Of a DNA stretch of 64,000 nucleotides, positions 18,656 to 28,790 are shown in pieces; position 1 is the stretch's first letter; each line of letters opens with the position of its first letter. Position numbers and translations under genes: made by a program. Origin of the DNA: a phage; the NCBI GenBank assembly GCA_004257845.1, contig GCA_004257845.1_4800.1. The stretch is one strand, 5' to 3'. Below the pieces are notes generated by a model, which was not told where the DNA came from, searched no databases, and saw only the letters and a list, made by a program, of their open reading frames with translations.

Positions 18656-21394
18656 ATGCAAAAGTTTGACACAAACCTGTTGCAAAACCTTAAGTGGATG
18701 CAGAACAATGCACCAAACATTACATCTTTGGTGCAAAAGAAAAGTGACTGGTATGAAAGATACCAAGATCAGTTTTGGACTGACTGGTACAATAACATTT
18801 TTAACATTGACACTTGTGATGCAATGGGCATTTATATTTGGTGCGACATTCTTTGCATACCAAGAGACTTTGTGGACTTAAGCAATTATGAGCACAACTG
18901 GGCGTTTGGACCGACGCGCGACAACTTTGAAGGTGCGGACAACATCGGCGGCAACTTCTTTGGTGCTGGCGGGAAGGTTGTAAAGAATATCGAAGAAGCG
19001 CGCATACTTCTTAAGCTTCGTTATCTGACGCTTACAAGTGATGGCCGCATCGAAAGTATCAACCGCATGCTTAAGTGGATTTTTAACCGTGGAGAGGCTT
19101 GGGATTACTCTTCATCACGCTACGCATATGTGACCGACAATACTCAAGGTGCGGTGTCTTCATCTGAATCAACAAATGGCTCATTCCTTCTGTACGACTG
19201 GCAAGGGTCAACTGAGATTCAGCATGATTATAAGCAGATACTTTTAAGCCATGGCAACAATGCCGGGCTGACCATCAGCGGAGTGTCAGGCACCGTGTCA
19301 CGGATGGCGCACCCAGATTGGTACTCATGGGGAAATGGTTCCGGCACAGGGCTTGTCGGCGGCGACACCAGACAGTATGGTGGGCCTGATTACTATGGGC
19401 AGTTGTGTGGTGATTACCCAGGCGAGGCCATAGAGAATTTTGCCAACGCAGTAAGGGTCATCAAGACGGCTTCAAGCGGTGAGCCTGTGTATTCTTTGGC
19501 CAATAATCCAAGTGCCAAATCAATTTCGCTTCCTTCGCAGGCTGGCGTCAACGTTTGCTATAGCTTCTACATAAAGGTGCTTTCTGAAAATGTCGCTTCT
19601 GTTTCTGTTACAGAGAATAGTGATGCATCGAGTAATGGAAAGCTGTTTGACCCCGTCACTGGACAGTTCAACTTAGACTCGTCCTTGAGTTATTTCATCA
19701 CAGGCAAGTTTGATGGGGTGAGAAGGGAATCAAGCCGTGGTGGCATAAAAGCAATCGGCGGCGATTGGTATCGAATCTGGATTGTAGAGCAGACGGCAAC
19801 CGATGCTTCTGGAGTAAGTACCAGCTTTTCAATAGAGTTGAAGGCAACTGCCGCTGGATCAACTCAAACTCGTGAATTGCCTGAAGGGTCTGACGCTCTT
19901 TTGTTTGGATACTCGATTTGCGTCTGCGACCCTGTTCAGAATCCAAATGGACCTGAGCCTTATTTTTATGGAACGCAAAACCCTCCTTCTGACGGAACAG
20001 CAATCCTGTCTGTAACGGCGGGAACGCTCAATAACATCTCCTGTGCAAACGGACCGCTGACGACAAGAAACGGTGTAGTTGGCGAGTCATTCATGCAACC
20101 TGGCTCATCACTTGCATACTCTGGCTCAATCGGCGGCTACCCGTACCCAGGGAACGCCACGCTGATTGCAGAGACTGATGGAATCAGACGCTCATGGAAC
20201 GTTAGCAGGCTGGATGGAGCACCGCCGCCGCCGACCGCCGACTATTACATGGAATACGTCATCGGACCTTATTTCGCCAACAACCTGTCTGACAACTTTA
20301 AGACGCTAGTTGGCGACAGGAATGAAGGATTCTTGCCAGCAAATGCCGGAATACGCTGGCAGCTTTACCAAGAAGTCGCAGACTTATCTGATATTGATTT
20401 GACTGTCAGCGACATAACGGACACGCGAGTAGGATTTGAAACGGAAGGTGTTGCGTGGATTAACACTGATGGCATCATCAGAGTTGGCGGCATTAACGAG
20501 TGGCCACTGAACAACTTCAACGGTGTGATACGCCAACTTGAATCTTTGAAAGGTGTTAACCAAGTCGTCGATGGCGCTTTTGTCAACGACTATTCAATCT
20601 CCAAGGCTTCTCGCGATGACTTTGGCCGTGAAATACCGCGCGCAGCCATCACAAACTATTGGCGATATACTCAGCCTAATGATGGAACTTCATTTGGCAA
20701 TATCATTGAGGATGGCGCAAACACTGTCACAGCGACGCCAATCAGCGGTGTGCCCAACCAGTTCCCATCATTCAAGCTTTCCGCTACAATAGGGACTGTG
20801 CCAGCATCCGGTTATGCACGCGCTGTACTTGCTACTAAATACACTGGCACCCTGACTGGCCCTTTGTCATTTATCGCAATAGTCAAAAACAACACGGTTA
20901 ACGGTCAAAAACTTTTTGTAACTGTACCGGATGGGATGGGTGGCTATATCCCTAAATTCTACAACATAGGCGCAGGTGATTTGCAACGTATCGAAATTGA
21001 CCTTGCCGCTGAGATTGTTGAAGGCGCTACCTGGGATGGATCAACAGGCGGCATCAGCATCGGTTTGATATCAGGGAAAGACTTGCCGACCGAAGTTGGT
21101 ACGACTCTTGAACTTGATATTTTAAGCTTGATGCTTGTGTCTGGTAATACGATGAATGCGCTTGCAATTTCAACAAGCGAAGATTTCGCAAAGAAAACTG
21201 CGACTTCTATATACATCAAAAACCCAGGATCACTTGCCACTGGAGTTCAATTGATTGCTTCTAATGGTGATGTTGTAGCAACAGTAAACTTTCCGAGAAG
21301 TGCTGCTGGTGGTTATGTTTCAAGCATGAACATAACTGACTTAACTGGTGATTGGGCATCAACCCTTTTATCAAAAATTAAATACATCGTGTAG
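18656..21394 (+). CDS. large baseplate/tail fibre-associated structural protein
   Basis: 912-aa ORF after GAGGAA RBS; Gly/Ser/Thr-rich; upstream of tail fibre gene. Confidence 0.45.
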   Translation: MQKFDTNLLQNLKWMQNNAPNITSLVQKKSDWYERYQDQFWTDWYNNIFNIDTCDAMGIYIWCDILCIPRDFVDLSNYEHNWAFGPTRDNFEGADNIGGNFFGAGGKVVKNIEEARILLKLRYLTLTSDGRIESINRMLKWIFNRGEAWDYSSSRYAYVTDNTQGAVSSSESTNGSFLLYDWQGSTEIQHDYKQILLSHGNNAGLTISGVSGTVSRMAHPDWYSWGNGSGTGLVGGDTRQYGGPDYYGQLCGDYPGEAIENFANAVRVIKTASSGEPVYSLANNPSAKSISLPSQAGVNVCYSFYIKVLSENVASVSVTENSDASSNGKLFDPVTGQFNLDSSLSYFITGKFDGVRRESSRGGIKAIGGDWYRIWIVEQTATDASGVSTSFSIELKATAAGSTQTRELPEGSDALLFGYSICVCDPVQNPNGPEPYFYGTQNPPSDGTAILSVTAGTLNNISCANGPLTTRNGVVGESFMQPGSSLAYSGSIGGYPYPGNATLIAETDGIRRSWNVSRLDGAPPPPTADYYMEYVIGPYFANNLSDNFKTLVGDRNEGFLPANAGIRWQLYQEVADLSDIDLTVSDITDTRVGFETEGVAWINTDGIIRVGGINEWPLNNFNGVIRQLESLKGVNQVVDGAFVNDYSISKASRDDFGREIPRAAITNYWRYTQPNDGTSFGNIIEDGANTVTATPISGVPNQFPSFKLSATIGTVPASGYARAVLATKYTGTLTGPLSFIAIVKNNTVNGQKLFVTVPDGMGGYIPKFYNIGAGDLQRIEIDLAAEIVEGATWDGSTGGISIGLISGKDLPTEVGTTLELDILSLMLVSGNTMNALAISTSEDFAKKTATSIYIKNPGSLATGVQLIASNGDVVATVNFPRSAAGGYVSSMNITDLTGDWASTLLSKIKYIV

Positions 21395-21404
21395 AGGAAC
21401 GGCA

Positions 21405-23192
21405 ATGCCAACACTTATTAACAGACCTTTCGCGCAAAGCGGTGATGTATCCGTGGTGCCGGATGCAAGTCCAAGCGGTTATGTGAACTTCCAGCGCGGC
21501 TACACCCCTGACTATGCACTTGCCCTGGAAGCCGGAAACGTCGCCGCGAAAGCGGTTGAACGTGAGTCGATGAACTGGTTGCTGAATCTGATCACCGACA
21601 ACCTTATGTTCATCCAGGACCACGGCGCTCAACAGTATTTCTCGTCTGACTTGAAGCCAGACGGATACCCGAAAAATGCCATCGTTGTCAGCAACTCTGG
21701 CACCCCTTCAGCGCCTGAATGGCGCATTTTCCAGAGTGCGGTAGACGGCAACACCAGCGCAGTCCCAGCTAACGGCGAAACGGAATCTTGGCAGGAATTG
21801 ACGCTGCCTAGCGAAGCGAGAAAATATATTCCTATGCCTGCTGGCGGCGATGCGCAAAACCCGTATTTTGTTCGCGGACTGATTTCAAACTTTGTGGACT
21901 TTGATAATATCACGACTTCCACAACTATTGTCATTCAATCTGATGCCGTTGCCGCTCTCTGCTCTAACATCCCGAACGCGGTTGGTGCGACGAAGGTTGC
22001 AGGCCGTCTCCAGGTTTGCGCTTGGCAGGTTAATGCGCAGACTTTCGCCCTGCAACAATACACGTCAATGAACGGATATGTTTTCACCCGCTCTTATACT
22101 TCTGGTGCTTGGAGTGCCTGGATTCAAAATGCTACTGTTCAAGACGTGCAAATTGGAACGCCGAATCTTGCATCAGGTAAAGGCGCACAAGATATAATCC
22201 TTACCGTTCCAGCAGGTTATTCATGGCCTCCGTCAGCAGGTAGTCGCCTGACCATCGTTAATGATGTCACGACCACCGGACCTGTCACCGTGACCATTGG
22301 TGCAAACAAAGTTGCAGTCCTTGGATTCGACGGCGGCGAGCTGCCAGCAGGGTCCATCGTCGGTCTTCTTCCTTTTACTATTATTTATGACGGCACCGTT
22401 TGGCGTCTTCTTCAAGCGTTCGGCGCGGCGCAAATCGGTGTCGATGCTAGTGAGCCGCAACAGTTTGTTACAAAGCGCCAACTCGATGCTTTGGCCGCGA
22501 AGTTGATCACTATGGGTGATGTGTTCGAAGTCGGTGAGACTCGATTCTTGACTAATGGCACCAACCCAAATACTAAACTGGGCGCTTACGGTCAGGTATG
22601 GACCAGGTTGCCTGATAACATGGTCATCAGGACGTCTGGCACGGCAAGAAACGGTCTTGACACTGGAGGTGCAGACTCTGTTACTCTTACCGCCGCCATG
22701 CTTCCTCTGCACAATCACAGCGTGAACATAACTACGCGACAGAGTGGTCCATGGTCCAATACCACTGGAGACGCAGGCAACCATAACCACACAGGCGATA
22801 CCAGTCAAAACGGTGCTCACGTGCACGGAATGGATTCAGCAGGCAACCACCACCATGACAGTAGCTGGGGTGAATCAAATACGACTGATGCGCGGTATGG
22901 CGTGTATGATGGGACGCACAACAACTTCGGAAGTCGAAAGGGTGGCGACTGGGACAACTATAAATACAACACCTCAACTAACGGCAACCACGTTCACAAT
23001 ATTCAATCTTCTGGGTCACACACTCATGGGTTGAATATAAATTACGCTGGCAATCACAGCCATGGATATACCCTCCCAGCTCACACTCACGATGTGGTCG
23101 GTAACACTGGCGATGCAGGGCAGGCCGTCCCAACGGCTGTTTCAACTCTGCCGCGATATGTCGTCTTGAACGGCTGGTACAGAAGCGCATAA
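21405..23192 (+). CDS. tail fibre protein with histidine-rich HxH repeats
   Basis: ATG at 21405 after GAGGAACGG; C-terminal repeats NHNHTGD, AHVHG, NHHHD, HVHNIQSSGSHTHG, NHSHGYTLPAHTHD resembling metal-coordinating HxH motifs of tail fibre tips. Confidence 0.55.
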   Translation: MPTLINRPFAQSGDVSVVPDASPSGYVNFQRGYTPDYALALEAGNVAAKAVERESMNWLLNLITDNLMFIQDHGAQQYFSSDLKPDGYPKNAIVVSNSGTPSAPEWRIFQSAVDGNTSAVPANGETESWQELTLPSEARKYIPMPAGGDAQNPYFVRGLISNFVDFDNITTSTTIVIQSDAVAALCSNIPNAVGATKVAGRLQVCAWQVNAQTFALQQYTSMNGYVFTRSYTSGAWSAWIQNATVQDVQIGTPNLASGKGAQDIILTVPAGYSWPPSAGSRLTIVNDVTTTGPVTVTIGANKVAVLGFDGGELPAGSIVGLLPFTIIYDGTVWRLLQAFGAAQIGVDASEPQQFVTKRQLDALAAKLITMGDVFEVGETRFLTNGTNPNTKLGAYGQVWTRLPDNMVIRTSGTARNGLDTGGADSVTLTAAMLPLHNHSVNITTRQSGPWSNTTGDAGNHNHTGDTSQNGAHVHGMDSAGNHHHDSSWGESNTTDARYGVYDGTHNNFGSRKGGDWDNYKYNTSTNGNHVHNIQSSGSHTHGLNINYAGNHSHGYTLPAHTHDVVGNTGDAGQAVPTAVSTLPRYVVLNGWYRSA

Positions 23193-23200
23193 GGTGATTT

Positions 23201-23845
23201 ATGATTAATGCAAACGTAATATCTAAAGGGACCGGATGCAGCATGGATGTTGCTGAAAAATGGGTCGACCCCTTCAAGCAGGCTTGTGAGCACTACGGAA
23301 TCAAAAGCAAGAATGCCATCGCGGCGCTGCTTGCAAACGTAGGAGTGGAAACAGGCAGCCTGAAGACCTTTGTGGAAAACCTGAATTATTCCGCTCAAGG
23401 TCTTGCTAATACGTGGCCTAGCCGTTACAGCGCCAGCGGTCGTTTCGGTGGCGCACCAAACTCCTTGGCATTGTCGATTGCCCGTAAACCAATGGAAATC
23501 GCCAATAATACATATGCAAACCGAATGGGAAATGGTTCGGTAGCATCTGGCGACGGTTGGAAGTACCGTGGCCGTGGTGCCATTCAGCTGACTGGAAAGG
23601 CTAACTATGCAGAGTATTCAAAGCAATCAGGGTATGACGCATTGAATAACCCTGACATTTTGACTGAGCCGAAATACATCGCTGACAGCGCGGCGTGGTT
23701 CTTCAAGAACAGCGGTTGCATTCCACTTGCCGATGCGGGTGCATTTGATTCGACCGTGAAGCGGATTAACGGGGCCGCGCCGAATACGGCTAACCATGGG
23801 GATTTGCGACGGAAGCGTTACAAGGATGCACTAGCAGTTATGTAA
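23201..23845 (+). CDS. endolysin, glycoside hydrolase family 19-like
   Basis: Motif WKYRGRGAIQLTGKANY matches the GH19 chitinase/lysozyme signature; RBS AAGGTGA; located at end of late operon. Confidence 0.75.
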   Translation: MINANVISKGTGCSMDVAEKWVDPFKQACEHYGIKSKNAIAALLANVGVETGSLKTFVENLNYSAQGLANTWPSRYSASGRFGGAPNSLALSIARKPMEIANNTYANRMGNGSVASGDGWKYRGRGAIQLTGKANYAEYSKQSGYDALNNPDILTEPKYIADSAAWFFKNSGCIPLADAGAFDSTVKRINGAAPNTANHGDLRRKRYKDALAVM

Positions 23846-23848
23846 GAA

Positions 23849-23868
23849 AAAGGCCCATATGGGCCTTT
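23849..23868. terminator. bidirectional intrinsic terminator between convergent genes
   Basis: Perfect palindrome AAAGGCCCATATGGGCCTTT with A/T runs on both sides, between endolysin stop (23845) and minus-strand gene end (23871). Confidence 0.6.
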
Positions 23869-23870
23869 GT

Positions 23871-24101
23871 TTATTTTACGGCTTCAACCTGGACGGGCGG
23901 CGCGGAACTTGTATCAATGTCTGGCAAGTCGAAGTAATACCCCGCCATGCCAATCACGCCAACAATCGCGGCCCGTGCCACCTTGTTGCTAATTGACTCC
24001 CCAATAAGCTTTACCAACAGGGACAAGATTTGAGACGTCAAAGCCTTTTTCAGCCTTTTGTTTTCTTCCAAATCTTTCTGCATAACTACCACCCATGTCA
24101 A
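23871..24101 (-). CDS. small protein with C-terminal hydrophobic segment, hypothetical
   Basis: ORF; segment AAIVGVIGMAGYYF. Confidence 0.35.
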   Translation of the reverse strand: MTWVVVMQKDLEENKRLKKALTSQILSLLVKLIGESISNKVARAAIVGVIGMAGYYFDLPDIDTSSAPPVQVEAVK

Positions 24102-24640
24102 CGCACATCCTGTGTCTTAACATTACCTGAAGCATCTCTTAAGGGCAGTGGATAGTAGGCCATTTGGTAGTCTGATACGCCTTCAACATGATAAAACACG
24201 ATTACGTCTTTGCTGTTGATGAGCATGTTAACGACATCTGATTTATCTTCTGGAGTGAGTATGAGTGCGCCGCCTGTCCTGCTGTCTACTGCAACAGGGT
24301 ATGTCTTGTCGACAAGGCCGCTGTCCAATGTATTATACCTGACAACGATTTCAGCGGCATCAACTTTTGCAATTGACATTCCGAACACAAACGAAACGAC
24401 TTGGCGACCGCGATCATTCATTACGCACATCTTTTCCTTATCAAACCTTTCCTTTATCACATCATATTTGTTCCAGCAAAATTCGAACGATTGGCCGTTG
24501 TTAAAATATCTCGTTAACACTTTGGCATTACTATTTGGCGGCGTAAACATACTTTCAGCCGCTGCACTTTTGGTGAAGAACAAGACTGTCAGCATAGCCA
24601 TGATGGTGATCAAAACAATCTTTAAAGTTTTCGATTTCAT
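24098..24640 (-). CDS. secreted/periplasmic protein, hypothetical
   Basis: N-terminal signal-peptide-like sequence MKSKTLKIVLITIMAMLTVLFFTKSAAAE. Confidence 0.45.
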   Translation of the reverse strand: MKSKTLKIVLITIMAMLTVLFFTKSAAAESMFTPPNSNAKVLTRYFNNGQSFEFCWNKYDVIKERFDKEKMCVMNDRGRQVVSFVFGMSIAKVDAAEIVVRYNTLDSGLVDKTYPVAVDSRTGGALILTPEDKSDVVNMLINSKDVIVFYHVEGVSDYQMAYYPLPLRDASGNVKTQDVR

Positions 24641-24723
24641 TATAATTCACCTTTTGATTACGAATATTAATAGTATAGGCCGAAGGTTTTGAAAGTAAAT
24701 AAGGCGAAAGGTAAATAAAAGAA

Positions 24724-24743
24724 AAGCCGGAGATTTCCGGCTT
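24724..24743 (-). terminator. intrinsic terminator downstream of ligase-like gene
   Basis: Stem AAGCCGGA / TCCGGCTT with 4-nt loop; T-rich tract follows on the minus strand. Confidence 0.5.
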
Positions 24744-24816
24744 TATGTATACACTGTATATTAAATTCTATAAAACGACGCGATAGATTATCCGCACCAA
24801 TTATTTATCTAGTGTC

Positions 24817-25779
24817 TTAAAAATACTCCATATCGGTAATATCACGGAAGCATTTATACAAAGCAGAGCGCGGCACGTCGACGATGCCAAAGTTAAAGAA
24901 TTTATACGTTAGGTATTTATCGCGATAGTTCTCGCGATTCTCCCAAAGCATTTTACGCTCTGCCATAGGCATTGAACCAGCGGAGACGCGGAAAGGAATC
25001 ATTTCACCTTTCTCATCCACATATTTTGGATTGACGACTACGAATGAGCCAAGGTATCCTTTCGCAACTAAACCTTCAGCCTCTTTTGAACGCTTGGTGC
25101 GACCCAATTCGTCAATGAATGCTTCGTTGTTGTTCTCCATCATCTCAACGAAGTCTATGATCAACCCTTCTTCATCGGTCCACGGCTTGTCCTTCCACAC
25201 ATCACGTGACTTCGGCGTCGCGCGGCCATGCTTATATTTGCCCGTCCAAGACTTGCCATACAAGCCTTCATATCCAAGCTGGTCTGCTTCGATTTGCATC
25301 GCCGCGTACTGTTCCATATTTTCGATGTTTCGATATTCGAGAGCGCGAAGGAATGGGCGTCGACCATGGTTGATGAGATGTTGATTAACTTCAGCAACTC
25401 TAGCTCGATAGTTTGCATAACGCTTTTCAAAAGGCAGATCAGGGTCGCTGAAGTCATCAAACACCCACCATGTAAAGTTAGTGATTGCATCAGTATTCAT
25501 GCATGCAGTATAGGCCTGTTGCATGACGTTCTTATCATTTGGATTGCCGTCGATTAGCTCTCCATCAAGTCCGTGAATTAGTTCACCCAAAAAGAGGAAC
25601 TCTTTTTTGATTTGAACGTTGCGCAACGGCATGCCGGAAGTGCCCATTGGCAAGTTGTCATACGCCATTGCACGTATGCCATCGACCTTGAATGACAGTC
25701 CGCAAGGCAGCGGCACGTCCTCGCCGCGCTCGATAATCTGCTTACGTTGGCAACCCTTCATTGGTTTTAATGCTGTCAT
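24817..25779 (-). CDS. ATP-dependent polynucleotide ligase (DNA or RNA ligase), nucleotidyltransferase superfamily
   Basis: Motif I KVDGIR (KxDGxR), motif III-like FLGELI, motif IV-like EEGLIID. Confidence 0.5.
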   Translation of the reverse strand: MTALKPMKGCQRKQIIERGEDVPLPCGLSFKVDGIRAMAYDNLPMGTSGMPLRNVQIKKEFLFLGELIHGLDGELIDGNPNDKNVMQQAYTACMNTDAITNFTWWVFDDFSDPDLPFEKRYANYRARVAEVNQHLINHGRRPFLRALEYRNIENMEQYAAMQIEADQLGYEGLYGKSWTGKYKHGRATPKSRDVWKDKPWTDEEGLIIDFVEMMENNNEAFIDELGRTKRSKEAEGLVAKGYLGSFVVVNPKYVDEKGEMIPFRVSAGSMPMAERKMLWENRENYRDKYLTYKFFNFGIVDVPRSALYKCFRDITDMEYF

Positions 25780-25781
25780 AA

Positions 25782-26405
25782 TTATTGTCCTGTAACTTCT
25801 CTGATCACACGGTCTTCAAGTTCCAGCTTCTTTACCATTTTGCAGGAGTGCTCATAAGCTGGATCAGTAGATTTGATGAACGTTCCGTTGTACATGACAC
25901 CTTTGCGGTCCTTGATGTCTTCGTAGGCCGCTTGCGCACAGTCGGATAAGCGAAGGCCATAATCATGAGCTACGCCGGAAAGGTAATCGACTGCGGCCAT
26001 GATGGTGACGTCAATATCCATGGTCTGATTCTTAGCAATAGCATCACCAAGCCGTCCAAGGGTCTTTGCCAGGCGAAGGATGAATGAATGAGGGTGAGCG
26101 CCTTTATCAGCACAACCGCCGCCATTAATGTTTTCGATTTCAGTACCGTTTTGCGCCGCCAGGATGGTCAACACAACAAGACAATCGCCAATGTCGTCCT
26201 TGATTGCAGCTTGCAAGTCACAGATGGCCTGCTCTGTATATCCAATTTCAGGGTCGAAGAACACAAGGTCATGGAGTTGATCAACGTGGTCGGTTAACTC
26301 CCCAAACTCGCTGATAAGCTTCGGGTATTGGTCCTTAAGGTCGCAACCTTGGATGATGTTACGGTCAGAAGCCCACTGGCGAATGTTTGCATAAATCTGT
26401 TTCAT
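25782..26405 (-). CDS. MazG-like nucleotide pyrophosphohydrolase
   Basis: EFGELTD ... DDIGDCLVVL arrangement resembling the ExxE ... ExxD metal-binding motifs of MazG/NTP-PPase domains. Confidence 0.45.
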   Translation of the reverse strand: MKQIYANIRQWASDRNIIQGCDLKDQYPKLISEFGELTDHVDQLHDLVFFDPEIGYTEQAICDLQAAIKDDIGDCLVVLTILAAQNGTEIENINGGGCADKGAHPHSFILRLAKTLGRLGDAIAKNQTMDIDVTIMAAVDYLSGVAHDYGLRLSDCAQAAYEDIKDRKGVMYNGTFIKSTDPAYEHSCKMVKKLELEDRVIREVTGQ

Positions 26406-26921
26406 TTATTTTTCCTTTGATGCATTGAATTGATCGATTTTTATTTTAGCCTGATTATAAGTATCAATCAAGCTATTAACTTTCTCTTTTAATCGATTTG
26501 TTTCTGCGGCGAACTGAACAAGAAATCTGACATCCTCTTCTGATAGTCCACAGTTTCCTTCTGGGATAGAGAGGCGTCCAGTGGTCGCAGAGTCGGGCAC
26601 ACTCCTGAGTAACTCACGGGAGCAGCTGAGTTGCTCGCGCAACTTGACATTCCCAGACTTGTAACGAGCAATAGTGTCATCAGCAACCAGTTGCGCTTCC
26701 TGGCGACCCTTCTCATATGCCGATGCCGATTCAACCTGTAAAGTTGCAATTTGCTCTTCGAGTGCATTTATCTTGTCCTTACGCTCATTAAGCGATGTCA
26801 GATATTGATTATCCTTGGCCAGTGATGCGTTGGTTTGCTGCAGGTCTTCAACGTATGATCCAGCGGCAAACGCGCCAACAAGGGCCAGAATCTTCAGGAG
26901 CGGTACAATTCTTTCTATCAT
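26406..26921 (-). CDS. membrane-anchored coiled-coil protein (i-spanin-like)
   Basis: N-terminal hydrophobic segment IVPLLKILALVGAFAAGSY followed by heptad-rich region; alternate-frame ORF inside it has a signal/lipobox-like LLLVTSLGMSSC. Confidence 0.3.
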   Translation of the reverse strand: MIERIVPLLKILALVGAFAAGSYVEDLQQTNASLAKDNQYLTSLNERKDKINALEEQIATLQVESASAYEKGRQEAQLVADDTIARYKSGNVKLREQLSCSRELLRSVPDSATTGRLSIPEGNCGLSEEDVRFLVQFAAETNRLKEKVNSLIDTYNQAKIKIDQFNASKEK

Positions 26922-26978
26922 GATGCACCAGATAAATAAAAGGCCGCCAAACGGCAGCCTTGTTGATTTGATTGTCGA

Positions 26979-27839
26979 TTAAAACTCTTCTGCGTCGGTC
27001 GGAGTTTCATTGACAGGACCAGCGGCACCGCTTGCTTCTTCCTGCTTGCTGCGGTCGATGTTAACGTTACCGCCAACTACGTCGTTGCGGAATGCCTTGG
27101 CGACTTCGTACAGACCTTTGTCCTGCACCAGACCTTCCAGCTCAAACTTCAGAACGGACCAGGTGTTGCCGTCTTTGGACTGGGATGCAGTACCCATGCG
27201 AACGATGTTCATAAAGGTCGGCGGCGTTTTCAAACCTTGCGGAGTTTGAACTTTCTTCTGCTGCAGCGCGGTCATCAGCATACGAGACGGCTTGATCATC
27301 GAAGAAGTCAAAGACAGCATGGCACTGCCAAATTCACCCGTTTCTTCGTTCAACAGAATCACGAAGTGGTTACGTGTATCTGCATAGTAAGGAGATTTCT
27401 TCTCGTGCACTTTGCCGTTTTCGTCCGGCACAAATACCTTACCGTTGATCTCAACAGCGCGGCCTGCCGCGACTTCTGCATCAACGTGCTCTTTGGTGAA
27501 TTCACCTTTAAAGCCTTTATCGTCGGACTCGCGACCGCCCCAAAGGATGAAGGTGCGTTTGAATGCGCAAGGGATGATCTGCACGCCTTTCTTGCCGTCA
27601 TACAACTCACCAGTAACGGTGTTGTAAAGCATGCCAGCTTTTGCACCAGGAACGTGTTTTGGATCATCTTCGTCGACCATAGGAGACATCTTCTGCAGGA
27701 CGACGATAAAAGGAATGGCATACGCATCGGCATCGGCACCTTCAAAACCAGCGCCAAAATCGGTCATGTCGACAAAATCAGCCATAGCGGACATCTGGGT
27801 GTTTTTCACTGCAACTTCGGTGGTTTCTTTCTTAGACAT
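26979..27839 (-). CDS. ssDNA-binding protein (T7 gp2.5-like), putative
   Basis: Acidic C-terminal tail ending ...TDAEEF (terminal aromatic), as in gp2.5-type SSBs; located in replication module. Confidence 0.4.
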   Translation of the reverse strand: MSKKETTEVAVKNTQMSAMADFVDMTDFGAGFEGADADAYAIPFIVVLQKMSPMVDEDDPKHVPGAKAGMLYNTVTGELYDGKKGVQIIPCAFKRTFILWGGRESDDKGFKGEFTKEHVDAEVAAGRAVEINGKVFVPDENGKVHEKKSPYYADTRNHFVILLNEETGEFGSAMLSLTSSMIKPSRMLMTALQQKKVQTPQGLKTPPTFMNIVRMGTASQSKDGNTWSVLKFELEGLVQDKGLYEVAKAFRNDVVGGNVNIDRSKQEEASGAAGPVNETPTDAEEF

Positions 27840-27898
27840 TTGATATTTTCCTATAGTATCAAGTTTCGTGGCAACCTGATTTCAAGATAAAGGTTAAA

Positions 27899-28456
27899 TT
27901 ACTTTTTGCTTTTAGGCAAGGTTATTTTAGCTTCTTTGTATTCAAAAACGCTAATATCTTCACTAACTGGATTGCCCGCTTCCAGCTGTTCTTTTACAAA
28001 CGACTTCAGTGTAGCAGAATGAACGCCTTGTTTCAACGTGGCTTCAACACCATCTTCACGCAGCGCGGCAACAATCTCTTGCGCCTGTTCGATTTCTTCG
28101 CGACCGAACTCAGCCGTGACGCTGGACTTGATCAAGCCGCCGTAACCGTTGTTGACAAGCCAATCGAAAACTTTTAATTCGTTTTCTTTCTTGATTGAAG
28201 CGTTCACCTTGGACTCGACCTTGATTTTGGTCTTGTCCTCAAGCTTGATTTCGGACACGCCAAGCTCATCCATAACGCCAGGAAGCAGAACAGTTTTGAT
28301 TTCACTGATTCGCTGCTTTTGCATATCAGCTTCATCTTCAAGCTCTGTCAAAGCTTCTTGGCGTTCTGCCAGTTCAGATACTAAGCGCGCAAGGCGCTCT
28401 TGAATGCTCTCAGGAGCGACCTGCGGCAAATCATCTTCCCAATTAATATTGCTCAT
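27899..28456 (-). CDS. acidic coiled-coil protein, hypothetical
   Basis: ORF; 4-nt overlap with downstream gene. Confidence 0.4.
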   Translation of the reverse strand: MSNINWEDDLPQVAPESIQERLARLVSELAERQEALTELEDEADMQKQRISEIKTVLLPGVMDELGVSEIKLEDKTKIKVESKVNASIKKENELKVFDWLVNNGYGGLIKSSVTAEFGREEIEQAQEIVAALREDGVEATLKQGVHSATLKSFVKEQLEAGNPVSEDISVFEYKEAKITLPKSKK

Positions 28457-28716
28457 ATTTTACCTTCTTGCATTAGCCCTTCAACACGGGTCATTTGATA
28501 ACGTTCAGGTTTCCAAGCCGCCAAAGCCTTCTCAGCGCCTTTCAAGGTTTTATATGCCTTGATGCCAGGCATAATAACGGTATTCACCCCAGCACCGTTG
28601 CCATAATCAAACTCTTTAACAACGCGGAACATCCCGTCAATTTCTTTGACCAAAAGACGTTTGAAAGCGATTGCACCAGTAGCTTCATTTTTGTAACGTT
28701 CAAGGATGCGTACCAT
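28453..28716 (-). CDS. hypothetical protein
   Basis: ORF; sigma70-like promoter just upstream. Confidence 0.4.
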   Translation of the reverse strand: MVRILERYKNEATGAIAFKRLLVKEIDGMFRVVKEFDYGNGAGVNTVIMPGIKAYKTLKGAEKALAAWKPERYQMTRVEGLMQEGKI

Positions 28717-28748
28717 TTTGTATTCCTCTGTTTCGTTTCGATGAAGTA

Positions 28749-28777
28749 ATTATGACTCATCTTCCGTGACAAGTCAA
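28749..28777 (-). promoter_or_regulatory. sigma70-like promoter on minus strand (TTGACT-17 nt-CATAAT)
   Basis: Minus-strand -35 TTGACT (plus coords 28772-28777), -10 CATAAT (28749-28754). Confidence 0.4.
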
Positions 28778-28790
28778 ATTATTTTTGATA

